From Azolla caroliniana (lineage: Eukaryota; Plantae; Polypodiophyta): a stretch of 64,000 nucleotides of DNA. The translations under genes were made by a program, and so were the position numbers. Position 1 is the first letter of the stretch. Every line of letters starts with the position of its first letter. Shown one piece after another: positions 50,325 to 64,000 of this stretch. The notes under the pieces were generated by a model that was not told the DNA's origin, searched no databases, and saw nothing but the letters and a program-made list of their open reading frames with translations. Location: the NCBI GenBank assembly GCA_043228905.1, contig JBHGNT010000006.1:2728001-2792000 (forward strand), written 5' to 3'.

Positions 50325-53300
50325 TCACGACTTCATATTCTGTACAGCAGTTTTTAGGAGTGACAACTGAGCATCTTGTGAAAGTTGAGGTTGCTTCAGC
50401 CACACTGTGATCAATTTATTAATCTCTTCTGGTATTTCATCATGTGGACAATGACCTGACAAGAAAAAAATATTGAGATAATACTATGCAACATGAATGA
50501 GTGACATTCTTGCCTTCTCATGAAAAACTTTCTACATAAATTCTTAATACCAATTATGAGGAGCCCCAATGAATATATGTACCTGCATTTACCAATTCAA
50601 TAATCATGTTGTGACAATAAGCCTTAAAGAGCTTTACTTTCTCAGTGTTATTACTCAATGGGTCTTTCATCCCCTGTGGTAAACAATAACGAATTTTAGT
50701 ATGGCATCCCAAATCAGTTGGGAATGGAATAATCTGTTAAGGTGAAAGACCACTTTACTTGAATGACATAAATCTTGGCTTTGTAACGATCAGTAAACCA
50801 ATTGATAGGAAACGGGTTACTTATACAAAATACACCCTCTATTACAATTGCTGCACCTGGATCATATGACTTGTAGGAAGTTGAGGATGACAATAAAATC
50901 CAATTGAAGAATAAGAGAAATATGTTTCTTTCTAGGAAAGAGGAGCTCAAGTATGTGTCAAAGAAACACTTCCAAGGATACTGCTCGTATAATCTCACCA
51001 GTAAGGTAATCATCAACTCTTGATGGATTCTGAGAAATAAAATTGATCTCAGGCACCACATGACAACCAGATATATACACATGTATGCTGCATATATATA
51101 GCATATACATGCACATGTACATACATTTATATTAGATTACTGCCCCATAAATCAGAATACCTACCACTGGGTAATAATTTTTCAAAAGTTTGGAAGTAAT
51201 GCTTCTCAAATAAATAAGAGAGAGCTGAGATGCTGCCCGCGTAATTCCGTTTCTCTTTTTTGGCTTCTCGTGCACAACCATGAATCAGTTAACTTAGTCA
51301 AAAAAGTATATATTGTTTTTACCTTATTGTTTCAAACCCTACTGTTCTACTGCATCTTGTGGACAAAGAAAGCATAAATTCCCCTTTAGCAAAATGCAAG
51401 CCACAGCTTATCAATGAAACTTAGAGAATAACAAAATCTTTTCTTCATTGAAGGAGAATTATTCTATGATGCCCTGCAACTCTTTTTAAATTTTCCTCAG
51501 TTTTCAGGTTCTTGATGCCTGAAATCCATGCATTATCAATGCCTAACGAAATAAATGATCATACCTCCACGTAACTAGATGAAGAGTAATTAGGGACAAT
51601 CACACCAGCTGTATTTAACAGGATCAAACTCTTAACTATCTGAGGCCAGATACCCGAGACCATACTGACCATATAACCTACATTTAGCATTGTCTTTATT
51701 AAAATTTGCTGCATATAATGTAAAAACAATCCAAATACAAGTCAAACAAACCCAAAAACCTTAAAAGAAATATAAAATGCTTCTAGATTTAGGGTAATCA
51801 AAGCACAGTGCTTATCTTAGACATTGTTATCAATTAGAATGTCTTTATTCAAATTTGCTGCATATAATGTAAAACCAATCCAAATACAAGTCAAGCAACC
51901 CAAAAGCCTTAAAACAAATATTATGTAACGCTTCTGGATTTAGGGTAATCAAACCACAGTGCTTATATCTTAGACAACATTATCAATTAGAATGTTTGCA
52001 CTCAAGCAGTTCTCTCTCAGCTCAATTGCAGAAGAGGCCAGATAAGTTGTAAGAAGCTAATCAATTGAATCAAATTTATGATGGTTGATTCGTTATCACT
52101 CCATCCTTCCTTTAATAATTCTCTACAACAAATTTTATTTCCATGTTTCTGATTTTTCTTCCCCCTCTATGATCCTATCCTCTTTATTCTCTATAACAGT
52201 TTTATGTTACTATTTCTGAGGTTTGGTTATATAGACAATCTTATGCTTTCTCAAAACCGTTTTCATCATCTAAAACAAGCTATCTTTCATTTTTACTGAA
52301 ATTTTGTTTCCACTTCAATTTCAACAAGTTTACAATTCCTCATCCATCTAATCATTAGTTACCTAGCAGGAGCACCTAATCTGCTTTCATAAGCTTCTTC
52401 ATGGTTCTGCTTTATACACTGTCTATGTCCATTCTATCTCCCTATCTCAATTGGTGTACTTCAGTTTCTTACACTCATTGTCCATTCTACTGTGCACTTG
52501 TATGTACATGAAAGTGTTTAAATCTTGACTGTATTCTGATACTCTGAATCCAGAGGCCAAAAAATCGAACATTGATATGTCATTACTCATGCCTTGCCAT
52601 AGTCTATAATTCTTTCTAAATCAATCTGTCTATTCTCCAGAACCTCCTTTGAAAACTCCATAGCCTTCTAAAGTAAGCAATCTTCTATTTTGCCAACTAG
52701 GTCTCAATCTTTCTTTTTTGCTTTCTCTTTGAATGAATTGGCATTATCTCTGGTGCATTTCTATTTCTTTCCACTCACTTCTATAGATAAATATAGTTGA
52801 ATTCCTGTCAAACTTATGGCTATTTTAGGAGGTTGAGTTTATAATTCCACAGGTTGAGTTAGAACTTTACAAACTGTTATTGACTTTTCAAAACATCATA
52901 TTGAACGAATCATGCTGTCTGCCCATTTTCTCATTTATCAATAAGAAGACTAATAAAAGATCCAAAAGCAACCTCTAGAAGTATTTCTTTCAAGAAAGTA
53001 AAATATCAAGGAAGCTATAAGCAAAAAGTACCTCCAATTGAATTGCCGACAAGCACAACTGGCTCGCCAATAACCTCAACAATGAAGTCTCTGATTAGTT
53101 CAGCCCACAAGTCCTGTGTATAGACAACATCAGGTTTCTCTGATCTTCCAAAACCCAATAGTGATAGAGCCCAAACTCTGTTTCCCTCTGCAAGACTCTT
53201 GATGTTGTCACGATAATGCTCCCAAGAAGCCCCAAACCCATGCACAAAAAGTACAGGTAAGCCTTGTTCTCCCATTCTACTGTACTGCCGGATTTACAGG

Positions 53301-56300
53301 TAGTTGATAGAGATTTAGAATAAATAGAATTCCATATTTTTACATGCACAGGCATTTATGTCACTGCAAAACACTATATAAAAAACTTACTGTGCTTATC
53401 CCTTTCTTTTCAGTTTAGCTCTAGTATATAACTATACATTTTAGAGAAATTGCTTAATAATACATCTTTATTTATTTAATTATTTATTTACTTATTTATT
53501 TATCTTTCTTTATAAATAAAATAGAATTTATTTTTCTCATAAGGTTCAAAGTTATACCTGAATCAAAAACCCTCTCCAAGACCAAATTCGAATATCCCAA
53601 CCTTTGCTCCCATCCCTATGCCGCTTAGTAGCTGTTGCCAGCATTCGATACCACTGTTAACTTTACAAGGTAAACTTACTTAGAAATAATTAAACTAGAG
53701 CAAAGGCCATCGATAAACGATGAAAAGCTTGCAACTTCAGATAGAAAATGCATTAAGACTTAAAAAATATTATTCAGTAACACAGTTCATTTCTACTCCT
53801 CTGTAATTCTTATACATACTTCAGCTGACTTCACTTCCTGGACAGCAGCTGTAGCTGTGAATGTTGAAAACCCAAAAGGAGAAGACAAGCCTCCATTGCG
53901 AATCTTCTCATATTCAAAGGCTTCATGATACACTCTGCGCCGCGAAATGGTACCTAGCATGAGGGAATATCCAAAAAGCGATCTAAAGGAGGATCCTCTT
54001 GGTCCTTTGCTCTCTGCATCCATCACTGTTTCATGCACTCTGATACAAGAAGATGAAAGAAAGAACTGTCATTTTCTTGTATATACATGGTTCAAGTAGT
54101 ATAGAATACACAGAGAAAAAGAGCTTCACAAACTCACTTTTTCCAGTCATTTCTCCAAGTGGGTTCTAAGAACCTCAAATATGCCTCTAGGTTGGCCATG
54201 GAAGTTATTGTCCCAGCACCACTGTTCTTAATATCATCTTTGTCTTTGGAATCCATTGCAAGCTCCTCTCTCCTTTTTTCTAGTGCCTCATAAGGGCTTG
54301 CTAAAATATATCTCTTCCTCCAAGAATTGAACCCTTTGAGGATGCCACCTCCTGATTCTGTACCTTTCGGTAGCAATGCATCCTGTTTTAACTCTTTTTC
54401 GCTTTTCAGCATACTCTCAATATTCTGACTCTGAATGTCTTTAAGCCAAATGTTGGTCTCAAGGGAGAACCTGATGTTATCTGTTATTTCAGAAATGGAT
54501 GGAATACATCCTACATAACGAAGCACACTTTAGCTGCATAACATACACAATGCCCATGAGACTTTCCCGTGTCGATCATTACAAACCTTTATCTAGGACA
54601 TTGGGTAACTTGGGCAAAAATTTAGGGGCTTCCAATGGCTTTTCTGGTGGGCACCGCATACTTCGAAATTCTTTATAACAAGAAGGAATCTCCCTCTAAA
54701 TGAATGACGTTTACAAAACCATTGCAAGTAAGTTTCAAACTTGAGATATTTATGTAAATCTTCTCCATTTGCTATGATTACCTCAACCTGGTACAAAGGT
54801 GCTCTCCATCTCTTTAATTCGCAATGTAGATCAGATTCAGAGCCATCTTCCTCTAAAAAGCTCATTGCCTTCATCCATTCATGTTCAACTTCCTCTTCCG
54901 CAATTATAACGCTTGAATGTACCTAAGAGCAAAAGTTAATTTTCCCAATTAATACCTACATGATTAGGGGTTTCATTGGTCTGCTACCTCTGCCATGACC
55001 TTCTGATCACACAAAAAGTTTGTTTGTATGAATAATGCGCTAGTCTATAAAGATTCTAGTATAAAATAAATTCCACAGACATTAGAATTATGAGAAATTT
55101 GGTACATCATGTGGAAAGTTTAACATACCTCTTTTGCTAATGTACTTAGTTCATGTTTTATATTCCCACTCCTTATTATCAGATCTGATCCCAACCCCTG
55201 TAATGTAAACTTTAGGTCTGTCACAGCTTCAATTAATGCTTCCAGCAAGCTAGCATCCCATCCTGTCATTAAGGGACTGTGAGGATCCAAATACGAGAAA
55301 AACAAGTTACAAAAATTTCTAGCATTGATATAAAATATTTGTTACAAAAATTAATAGATCTACGTAAAACCAAAATCCAATGGGTTCAGTCCATTAAGAA
55401 AGAGACATAAAATTGTCCCTGGTTTTTGAAAAAAAAAAAGTCCCTGAGGATCCACATATGAGAAAATCAGATTATACGAATTTCTAGCATTGATACAAAA
55501 TATTTGTTACAAAAATTGATAGATATACGAAAAAACAAATTCCAATGGATTCAGTCTGTTAAGAAAGTGACATAAAAGTGTTCCTCACTATTATAGTAAA
55601 AATAATTGTTATAGAAAACCATTTATAATATACTGTAAAACTGAACCTAACAAAGAAGATCATTGGCAGAATATGTGATAACTTCTAATTGGCTTTCGTT
55701 CAAAGAGTTGAACTGAAATTGAAATCCATGTCTCAAAGCTATGAAGGCAGCCAAAAGGAAGGCCAAAAAGGTACAGATAAAGTGGAACGAAAATAGAAGT
55801 GTGATGAAACCCTGCCACAATATTCTCCATGTGTCGGACTATGCAAACAAACCTAAACAGAGGTCAAACAAAAAATATACTTGACAATAATAGGAATGTA
55901 GAAAAGGAAATGTAAACATGGATTGAGACGGTCAAAGTTGCAAAAACATAAGAAGAGAATGCTCAAAAAAATCAAGAAAAAATGAACCTTGGATAGAAGT
56001 GATCAAAAATCATAAAGCAATGCCAATGAAATTGTAAATAATGTTGAAGTAACAAAAGCAGAGCCAAGAGGAAAGTTTGGGCACCACAAGTGAGTGGACA
56101 GATGAGTGAAAAGGGAAATTGAAACTATTGATGTATCAAAGATGCTCATTTCCACTGCCTCTATGGAAAGTGAGGAAAGAGAAGTCAAGAGAAAATGCCT
56201 TAATCATCTGCTTCAAGAAAATATAGAAAACGAGATTCTTCATCTCCAAGAGATGACGCTGATCATGTTCAAACCATCATCTTCAAGAGCAATCACCCAT

Positions 56301-58369
56301 GGGAGAGAAGGTATATTTAGATGGATTGCACATCAACAGCCCAGTAGGAGCTCACATGGGGAAACACAGGATTTTTTTAAAGTTTGTTTTCTCATAGATT
56401 TTCCAGCTTCTACTCCCTCACGCTTGCCTCCTTCTCCTAGCAAGTTTCCTTTCCCTGGTTTTTTTTAATCATTTTTGTTGGCAGTTTCATGGTGCTCATT
56501 CTTCCCTCCATCCTACATACTGCAGCCTTCTTCTTCTTCACTCATACTTCTCATTTTTCTCACAATATTTAGAATTTGGCCTGGCTTTTGTGACTTGATT
56601 ACCCAATTTCTAAATTTTCTTTTCTTTCATTCCACCCTGCCTGCTTATTTGTAGTAAACAATTCTATGCTTGAATATGTGTGTTTTGGATTTGTCCCATA
56701 ATAACATATCTTTACATTTTGAGCATTGTGTAGAGTGCTATTACATGTGCTCAGAATCAATTCATTTAAGAGACCACACTGCAAAACTTTCAATAACAAA
56801 CCTATGCTCTCGTATGATTTTTACAAGTTGATACTTGACCTTTTCCATAGAGGTGTTTGCAAACTGATCACTAAATGTCAATTGATAGGAAAAGAAATGC
56901 CACAGATCATACAAACCAATGATGGAAAGCACAGACATAGATGAACATATTCAGTTAAAGAGTCAAAGAATGAGTGGTAGTATATAAATAGTATCATAAA
57001 TATAACCTTTTCCCGTAGATTAAATAGAAATTTACCTATGGTGGTATATATAACTATGTAGATATCAATTAGACGAATCTAACACAACAATATTCCTACA
57101 ATATGTTTAATTTATCTATAAAGAGAGTATTAGTTCCCATCTGTTTTATTATACTACCTGCATTGGTAGATAAAGTTTACCACCAATTCATTTTTAACCC
57201 TCGTGGTAAACAATATCCAAACATATTTTAGCAAAAATAGTATTTGCTACCATTTCATTAATTGCATTACCTAGTATTGGTAGAACAAAGTGTACCAACT
57301 ATTCATGGTTTTACCCTGATGTCATACAATAACCAGCAATATTTTCGTTTTTCTCCAAAATTGCACTAGTTCACGCTTTGTTTAATGCATGTAAATTGGT
57401 GAAGGTAAGGATAAAAAAATAGGACAGAGGAAGGCTATCAAAACTAAATGATGAAATGCAGAGGCCATGAATATTGTCAAAGTAAAACCCATTGTTCCGG
57501 AACTACACCCGCAACCTACACATTCCAAAGCATGACCCTTACCACTACATCATCTTACGTATACATTTGAATTTTAGACTTTTGATAAGATAACCTCAGG
57601 AATCTATAAGAAATCATTTGTTGGGGACATCTGAAGTGTCTGATATTATACGATGTACGAAAGAAATACTTCAAGTGGTGCTTTAGCGCATGGCATCTTG
57701 TTCCTTTGTCAACAATTTTAGAATTTGATCCAAGTAGGGGACCACATTGTATAGATGAACAAAATATTTGGGTAATGGCAAACATGTTACAAAATAAATC
57801 AATGGCAAAGACTACAAAATTTTACTTTTTCTCATGACCATTATAGGGCAAACATATTTGAGAGTTGTGACAAAGATGAAGTAAATAATAGCGATGATTA
57901 CAAAATTTTAGTTAGAAAAAGAAAGTCGATATATCTAATAGTACTAACCACGTAGAATGTAAGGATCGAAAATGTAGACTGGAAGAACACTTTGAAAATT
58001 AGCCGAAGCAGACCGAAGTCCAGGATGATCATCTACACGGAGATCCTTCTTGAACCACAATATAGCAGAAGAAGTTTCATGTTTCCGTGAGCTTGAATCA
58101 TCAACGAGAGAAGCTGTAGCTGAAAAATATCGATTTCTTCTCCGAGCTTCATGATGGGGATAGAGATGGAGATCAATCCTATGACATTGATCTTCGTGGA
58201 TATGTGATAAGTGAGGAGAGGCTCTCGGGTTGTGTAAGGGGAAGATTGGTCCAGCGAGTTTCCATGGAAAGCTTGGACTGCATGCTGATCGGTTGCAGAC
58301 GATCAACATGGCATACATACATATATGTACATAAACAATGACGATAAGGTTATATCGATTGTCTGCCAT
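50325..58369 (-). CDS. DNA photolyase N-terminal domain / alpha-beta hydrolase fusion protein (At4g25290-like), probably plastid-targeted; ~14 exons
   Basis: Exons (minus): 58369?-57949 (AILWFKKDLRVDDHPGL..VLPVYIFDP), 55262-55129, 54922-54782, 54695-54587, 54510-54138, 54039-53820 (LGTISRRRVYHE), 53653-53558 (IWSWRGFLIQ), 53284-53032 (LFVHGFGA..HYRDN..LLGFGRSEKP..GNSIGG), 51677-51565, ~51263-51165, 51029-50982, 50869-50759, 50673-50583 (GMKDP), 50455-50325 (GHCPHDE). The start and first-exon structure are uncertain. Confidence 0.88.
51682..51995. repeat. ~150-bp intronic tandem duplication
   Basis: tgtctttatt.aaatttgctgcatataatgtaaaa...cacagtgcttat..cttagaca..ttatcaattagaatgt occurs twice. 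Confidence 0.85.
55279..55576. repeat. ~166-bp intronic tandem duplication next to the exon 2 acceptor
   Basis: tgaggatcca.ata.gagaaaa...ttctagcattgata.aaaatatttgttacaaaaatt...ttaagaaag.gacataaaa occurs twice. Confidence 0.85.
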
Positions 58370-58999
58370 CTCGAGCGAGGAGAGACAGACAGGCCTATGT
58401 TTATAATTTCCCCAATCTTTGGCTCTGAGTAAGTTTTCCTTATTTCCAAGGAGATGTCCCTAGGTTTCTCGTTATTTTCCCAGGTGCCCCTGGCGCACAC
58501 ACATACACACTTTCTCTCTCACCACATTCTCATGTGTTGCTGTCCCCAGCAAATTTATACAGCCCCGTTCACCTCATTCGTTGTCAAGGCCATGTGTTTG
58601 TTGCTCAATGAGAGAAGACACTTATCGGACACGATAACTCCCTTCTAACCTATCATATGTATTAGGTTTTCCAGCCCATCTCCATATCATGTCATGGGAT
58701 TCACATACCAACCCCATTTGTTTTTTCAGAGTCTTCCAGGAGGGCTGACCCTAACCAAACAAGCCTTTGGGGTATATAAAATGAACGGGCATTATGAGGA
58801 AATAAAGAAAACCCCAGGTGGGGGGTGTTTTGGAGTTTTTACCCCTTTTCCCCTCTCTCTTTTTGAGTGTTTCAAGAGAGCTAACCAAAGGCCTTTCTTT
58901 GGGGCATGTAATACGGGGGGATTTGTGAATAAAGAAAAACCCATAGTGGATTTATTCCTTCTCTTTGCCTTTTTATTGTAACTAGCTTACTTTAGTGGT

Positions 59000-59202
59000 T
59001 AGGAATCATCAACAATTCGGTTTTGGCTTAACCAGTTTGGAAGTTTTCAAACTCTAACCAGACTGATTCCTAAACTAGTTAAGGATAAACCGGTTTGGCC
59101 CAGATTCTCGCCAAACCGAGCTCAAACCTTAACCGAACCGAACCGTTTATAAACTATTTGATAGCTCGATTTAGGCTTGAACGAAGCCGTTGTTGATCCC
59201 TA
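59000..59202. mobile_element. hAT-type MITE (~203 bp)
   Basis: Ends TAGGAATC(ATC)AACAA and CCGTTGTTGATCCCTA; 8-bp flanks TTAGTGGT and ATAGTGGT (7/8); AACCG/CGGTT subterminal motifs. Confidence 0.72.
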
Positions 59203-61580
59203 ATAGTGGTGAGTTACACTACTAGCACTTTGACTTGGGTTCGAAACCTAACCCATGACTTTTTGGTCTCCGTTGGGCAACCTTAGCAAGTGAGTTACAT
59301 CCATCTATCTCTCTTAAAGGTTCCAAGCCTATCCAGTATTTGAGTAAATAAAATAAAGGGGATTTTTTGATAAAAAACTAACAAACTTAGGAGCATTTCA
59401 GAGTTTTCCCCTTTTTCCTATTAACTCTCACATCGAGTTTTTATTTATTTAACATGTTATTAAACCATAGGTGTATGTTCCCAACTGGGAATTCTATGGA
59501 TTTTATACTTAGTTTTTCCAACTAGCATCTCAAAACAATACAACAACATGAACATGTCTTTTGTTTTAAAATATTCCCAACAAAATAAGATGGTTCTAGC
59601 TCTAATATCATTATCCAAATTTTCAATGCTACGTGTAATATTCTTTAACAATTACAATAATGAACTGAAAAGATCTTTGAAGATTCAAGATGTATCTAGA
59701 AAGATCTTATGGATATATAACATGTGCCAAAGGGCAGGTTATTAGTGCAAGGGTATAAATTTGTGCAATTTTTGGATAATATGAAGTTCCAAAAGCTGAT
59801 TTTCATGATGTGAGATTCCTTTGTGGTTGGAATGAAAGAAAGCCTTCTAATAGATATTATATATGGATGAATAGATTATATACAATTCATTGCTAGAATG
59901 AAGATTTTTAGACTGTTTCAATCCTTTTGCCTTTTAAACAACAATATTGTTTTTTAGTAGTAGTATATTGATATTATAACAACGTATTCCCACCTTTTAA
60001 GGTGTTGCCACTTGGTCTATTGGGGTTTTATGTATAATATGTCTATGAGGAGCTTTACCTTGATGAGGGATGTGGCATTATTTTCCAGTCAATTCTACAC
60101 TAAGTAAAGGCATTGTCAAATAAGGAGAAGAAATAACATCTCAAGAAAGTTAGCATTGAATGTTTTAGGATTACTTTAACCTCTACTTTCAATGATCTCT
60201 TGTTTGTCTAATGCAAACCCCATGGTATGCATGTTGATAGGTATCTATGACTATTTCTAAATATTGTCAATAGTGCCCTCACATGAATTTAGTTACCTAG
60301 TTGTAGTTGTAAATGTTGGATTGTCCTTTAAATATTATGGAGGATGATAAGATACACAAAGTGGTATACAAACTTTTTTGTCCAAATGATAATAGAAATA
60401 AACACCATTATGACATTGAATTGGAATTGTAATACTAATGGATATAAGCAAGGAGCGAAGGTAGTATGAACATGTGCTTGATATTTACTTTTGGTGGGGA
60501 TCATTTTGCATATAACATTTGATCCTATCCCATAGAGCTATTATAATACCAATAGCTTGAACTACACTTTGGGTTCTTTCCAATGAGCTATAATAATGTT
60601 TTACACGTGTGGGTCTCTAGGGATACACGAGGTACCAACAAAATGTTGGTTTTTTTGCTTTCCTTGTTCTCGTCGTTTTCTATCCATTGGATGCTTTTTT
60701 TTACTTTATCATAGTTTTGGAAATAAATTTTTCTTTTGATATCTTTTCCCAAAATTTATCAAATATATTTTTAGTATTATCTTGCTCGCTTATTCACATT
60801 TGTAGTGTGAAACATTATGGATAATGGATAATAACATAAATGCATGTAATATATGATATTTTCTTTGCTTATATTTGTTAATAGAAACATCAGAAACATA
60901 TCTATGAATGAATATTGATTATAATTTCATTTCAAATTAAAAGAATCTTATTATGATTTGATGGAGAAGTGCTTCTAGCAAGTGCAATGACACTTGGCTA
61001 TTTCCAATTAATGCATGTTTATGCGGTTTAGGGTAGATTATGTGAAGTTTAATGTACTACTTGAAGCTACAACAAGTATTCTTATGAGTGGTCTCTAATG
61101 CAATGCTTATAAATGGAGAATCTTAGGAAGGTGTAATATCAAGAGACAAGAGGAACTTTCGTGGTCCAACTATTAGTATAAAGGATCGTTGAATCTTGCC
61201 CACGAGTTCAAAGTTTAGACACCACGGAGGACCATTTTGTCACAAGAGTCTATGATAGAGGAAACAGTAGCAACATAAATAAGTTATTATAAGAACAAGA
61301 CAAAAAAAATATATGTCCAATGATCAAATCTATGTGGATTTCATCACAATTTGGGAATTTTGAATGAGGATGCTTTTCTAGTCACTTTTAAGTATATCTA
61401 ATGTATATTTGTCACTTCATCATTTCATTTCACTTATGTGTTGTGAATTATTTTTCAATCTATTAAATTATTGTTATGTTATCTTCGGTCTACATATTTT
61501 GGTAGGATATGGTGACACTGGTGAACCATATAGAGAGGTTAGATACAACGACATCCAAAATCTTACTTGGAAATGTAGAA

Positions 61581-61825
61581 GGAAGGTGGTGTATATATAG
61601 GTCAATGATATAGTAGCCTAATAAGTGATACAAAGTTCAAACAATGATTTTTACTCGACTATATTGATTAGATGTCTATTGTCTCTTTTGGTATGCATTC
61701 ATGGAAGGTGGTGTATATATAGGTCAATGATATAGTAGCCTAATAAGTGATACAAAGTTCAAACAATGATTTTTACTCGACTATATTGATTAGATGTCTA
61801 TTGTCTCTTTTGGTATGCATTCATG
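61581..61825. repeat. Apparently exact 122-bp tandem duplication
   Basis: ggaaggtggtgtatatataggtc...ggtatgcattcatg at 61581 and 61703. Confidence 0.92.
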
Positions 61826-63626
61826 TAAGAGTCATGGATAGTGATTGCATGTAGGAGGAAGTAAACTTGACGTAGTACCATATGGATTATTAACCCATAC
61901 AAAGATGTTCACATAGATTAACCCATCTTTTCACATATGAAGTACCAAGAATGGATTTAGGTTTTTGGTTAGGAAAGGTAAATTTGAAATTTCAAATATT
62001 GTTCCCCTATGGAGTTCAATAGAATATGTATGACACATACATGATGGATAATAGGCTAGCATGCAATGATGACTACTACATCTTAATCCATATTTTTCTT
62101 AGCTCCTAGTTTTTTCTCTTATAAAACATTAAACTCTTCGGGGTCCAAAAAAGATATTGGAATTTGTGATGTCGTACAAAAAAAACACTTTGTTGCAATT
62201 ATTGATATGTCATTATTTGAATCATTACATATATTTGTGAGACCCTTGAACAAACGACATTACATTGCAACATTTGAAGTGTTTTATATCTCTTGCTTCC
62301 CCTCCATGTATGCAAGTGTTAGTCGTCTAGTCTCCGTAATCCTTTTATACGTTTAGACATACTCTCATGCTAATCAGTAATTACTTGTAAATATTGTTGA
62401 ATGGACATTCTTGAAGTGTGTTCTAATGCTATTGAATGATGAGCTTGCCCTTTAAAACACCTAAAGTTGAGTTCAATTGCAAAGTTAAGGTAATGAATGG
62501 ATGTCATAATGTAAAATTCATTAATATCTTTTGTGAAGACATGCTAACCATGGCGATAGAAATGAAGGTTTGTGGAGAGAGACCATATATGGTGAGTGAA
62601 AAACCTTGAAGGTTATGAAATCTTTTGAACCCTACATTTACCTCGACCCCAAATCAGAGATGGAGATCGTTTTTCTATTTTTGCGATATTGGGGATTGCG
62701 TTATAATTGGGATATGCATAATGCTTTTATATTTGATGGTAGGCATGGAGTCGAAGAAAATCTACGAAAGTTGAAGGGAGTAATAATGTGACAATTCTCT
62801 TTATTGGAGGAAGTAGAAAATCTTCCTTGGTGGAGTGTTCGTCTTGCCTATTGGCAATTCAACACATTCCACTACCATTGTACTAGTGACCATAGTCCAT
62901 TGCAGTGTTTTTCACACACATTTATTAATATATTGTGTTTTCACAAAGAGAGAGAGAGAGGGATGTGCAATGAAGAACCTGAGTTGAGTTCAACGTTAAG
63001 ATAACTTGAATGTAAAACAAACTAAAAAAGATAAGAACATAATTGTTTCAAAGCCTAAAAAGGTGCCAATTCAATTAGTGGAATGCTTTCAAAATCAATT
63101 TACTTGAATGGGACCAAGGGAAGTAAAATTTCATGTGTAGGGATTAAATCTACAGATATACAAAGTGATTAGAAAAGCTAGCAAATGACTTGCTCGTAAC
63201 ATAGAGAACACATTTATGCATCATCCAATTCACCTCCCTTGTCAAGAATGAAGATTGCAATAAGAATTTGGTACCCCAACCAATTAAAACGAGAGTGATA
63301 TTTTTTTAAAATATATTGTGAACGCACATACATATAGTGATAATGAAGCATGCGACATTGATGGATGGCATATTTGCTATAAAGAGCAACCAACTAGTTG
63401 GTAATTTAACATTGTATAATGTGGTTTAATATTGTCATCATTTCCCGTCTCCTTTTTCGTTTTCACTTTTTTTATTGTTTCATTTTTTTACTTTATGCTT
63501 CTCATAATGGTTACATGGTTAGGCACATAACAAGAACCTACCAAAATACGCCTATGTGGAACCAATTAATGTCAACTTTTATAAAATCACTAACATTATG
63601 TATATGTGCTTCAATGAGCACATACA

Positions 63627-63922
63627 CTATGTCCAAGATGCAGACCTTGGCATGGATGCAGACTTTGTCTTTTTATCATCCTCTAGAGCTATCATACCTA
63701 GGTGTGAAGGGTCCTCCAACATCATCTTCGCCACAAGATAGCCAGCTATGGACCATGTTTGAAACTTGCGAGCTTGCTTCCCGATGTACCGACCAAGCTT
63801 CGAGTCATAGTACTCAGGCCAATGATCCTTGGAGAGCCTACTTTCCAAAAGCTCAATAGCTCGTCTAGCAATGTGAGGCCGTCCCGTCTTGATGCATGCG
63901 GCAGTGAGTAGCCAAATCAAGA
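63627..63922 (-). CDS. CINV: Last exon of a cytosolic alkaline/neutral invertase (GH100); gene continues beyond the window
   Basis: [77 protein letters not shown]; acceptor TACAG at 63923-63927. Confidence 0.95.
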
Positions 63923-64000
63923 CTGTAATCAAGAACGACTCAACATGTTAAATAAATATCAATAAAAAAGGAAGGTTGGAGCTAGGACTCGGCACCGGTA

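Noticed and set aside
19162-63922. Functional gene cluster (LPR1, AIRP2, presenilin, CCDC103, DIC, RPE, photolyase fusion, invertase)
   Set aside because: Unrelated pathways and compartments, with no shared regulatory signature visible.

Overview
Plant nuclear DNA (AT-rich, GT-AG introns), most likely from a seed-free plant with flagellated sperm such as a fern or lycophyte, because it carries an intact CCDC103/DNAAF19-type axonemal dynein assembly gene. Apparently intact genes: LPR1-like multicopper oxidase (19.2-21.3 kb, +), AIRP2-like RING E3 ligase (27.1-30.8 kb, +), presenilin (33.4-34.8 kb, +), CCDC103-like (35.5-37.0 kb, -), mitochondrial dicarboxylate carrier (39.1-40.5 kb, -), photolyase/alpha-beta-hydrolase fusion (50.3-58.4 kb, -) and the last exon of a cytosolic alkaline/neutral invertase (63.6-63.9 kb, -). 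A plastid ribulose-phosphate 3-epimerase pseudogene lies at 43-45 kb. The first 9.36 kb is a decayed direct duplicate of 29.96-38.28 kb. It has lost the presenilin gene and gained a solo LTR, a truncated Ty3/gypsy element and a second solo LTR of that gypsy family. A 5038-bp hAT transposon with TIRs and a perfect 8-bp TSD lies at 11.3-16.3 kb, plus LINE and MITE remnants and many short local tandem duplications. I see no convincing new multi-gene system. The most novel-looking signal is the gypsy LTR architecture: a dense array of perfect heat-shock elements directly upstream of the TATA box, plus an oppositely oriented tRNA-like A/B-box module. All family assignments are from recalled motifs, with no database search.
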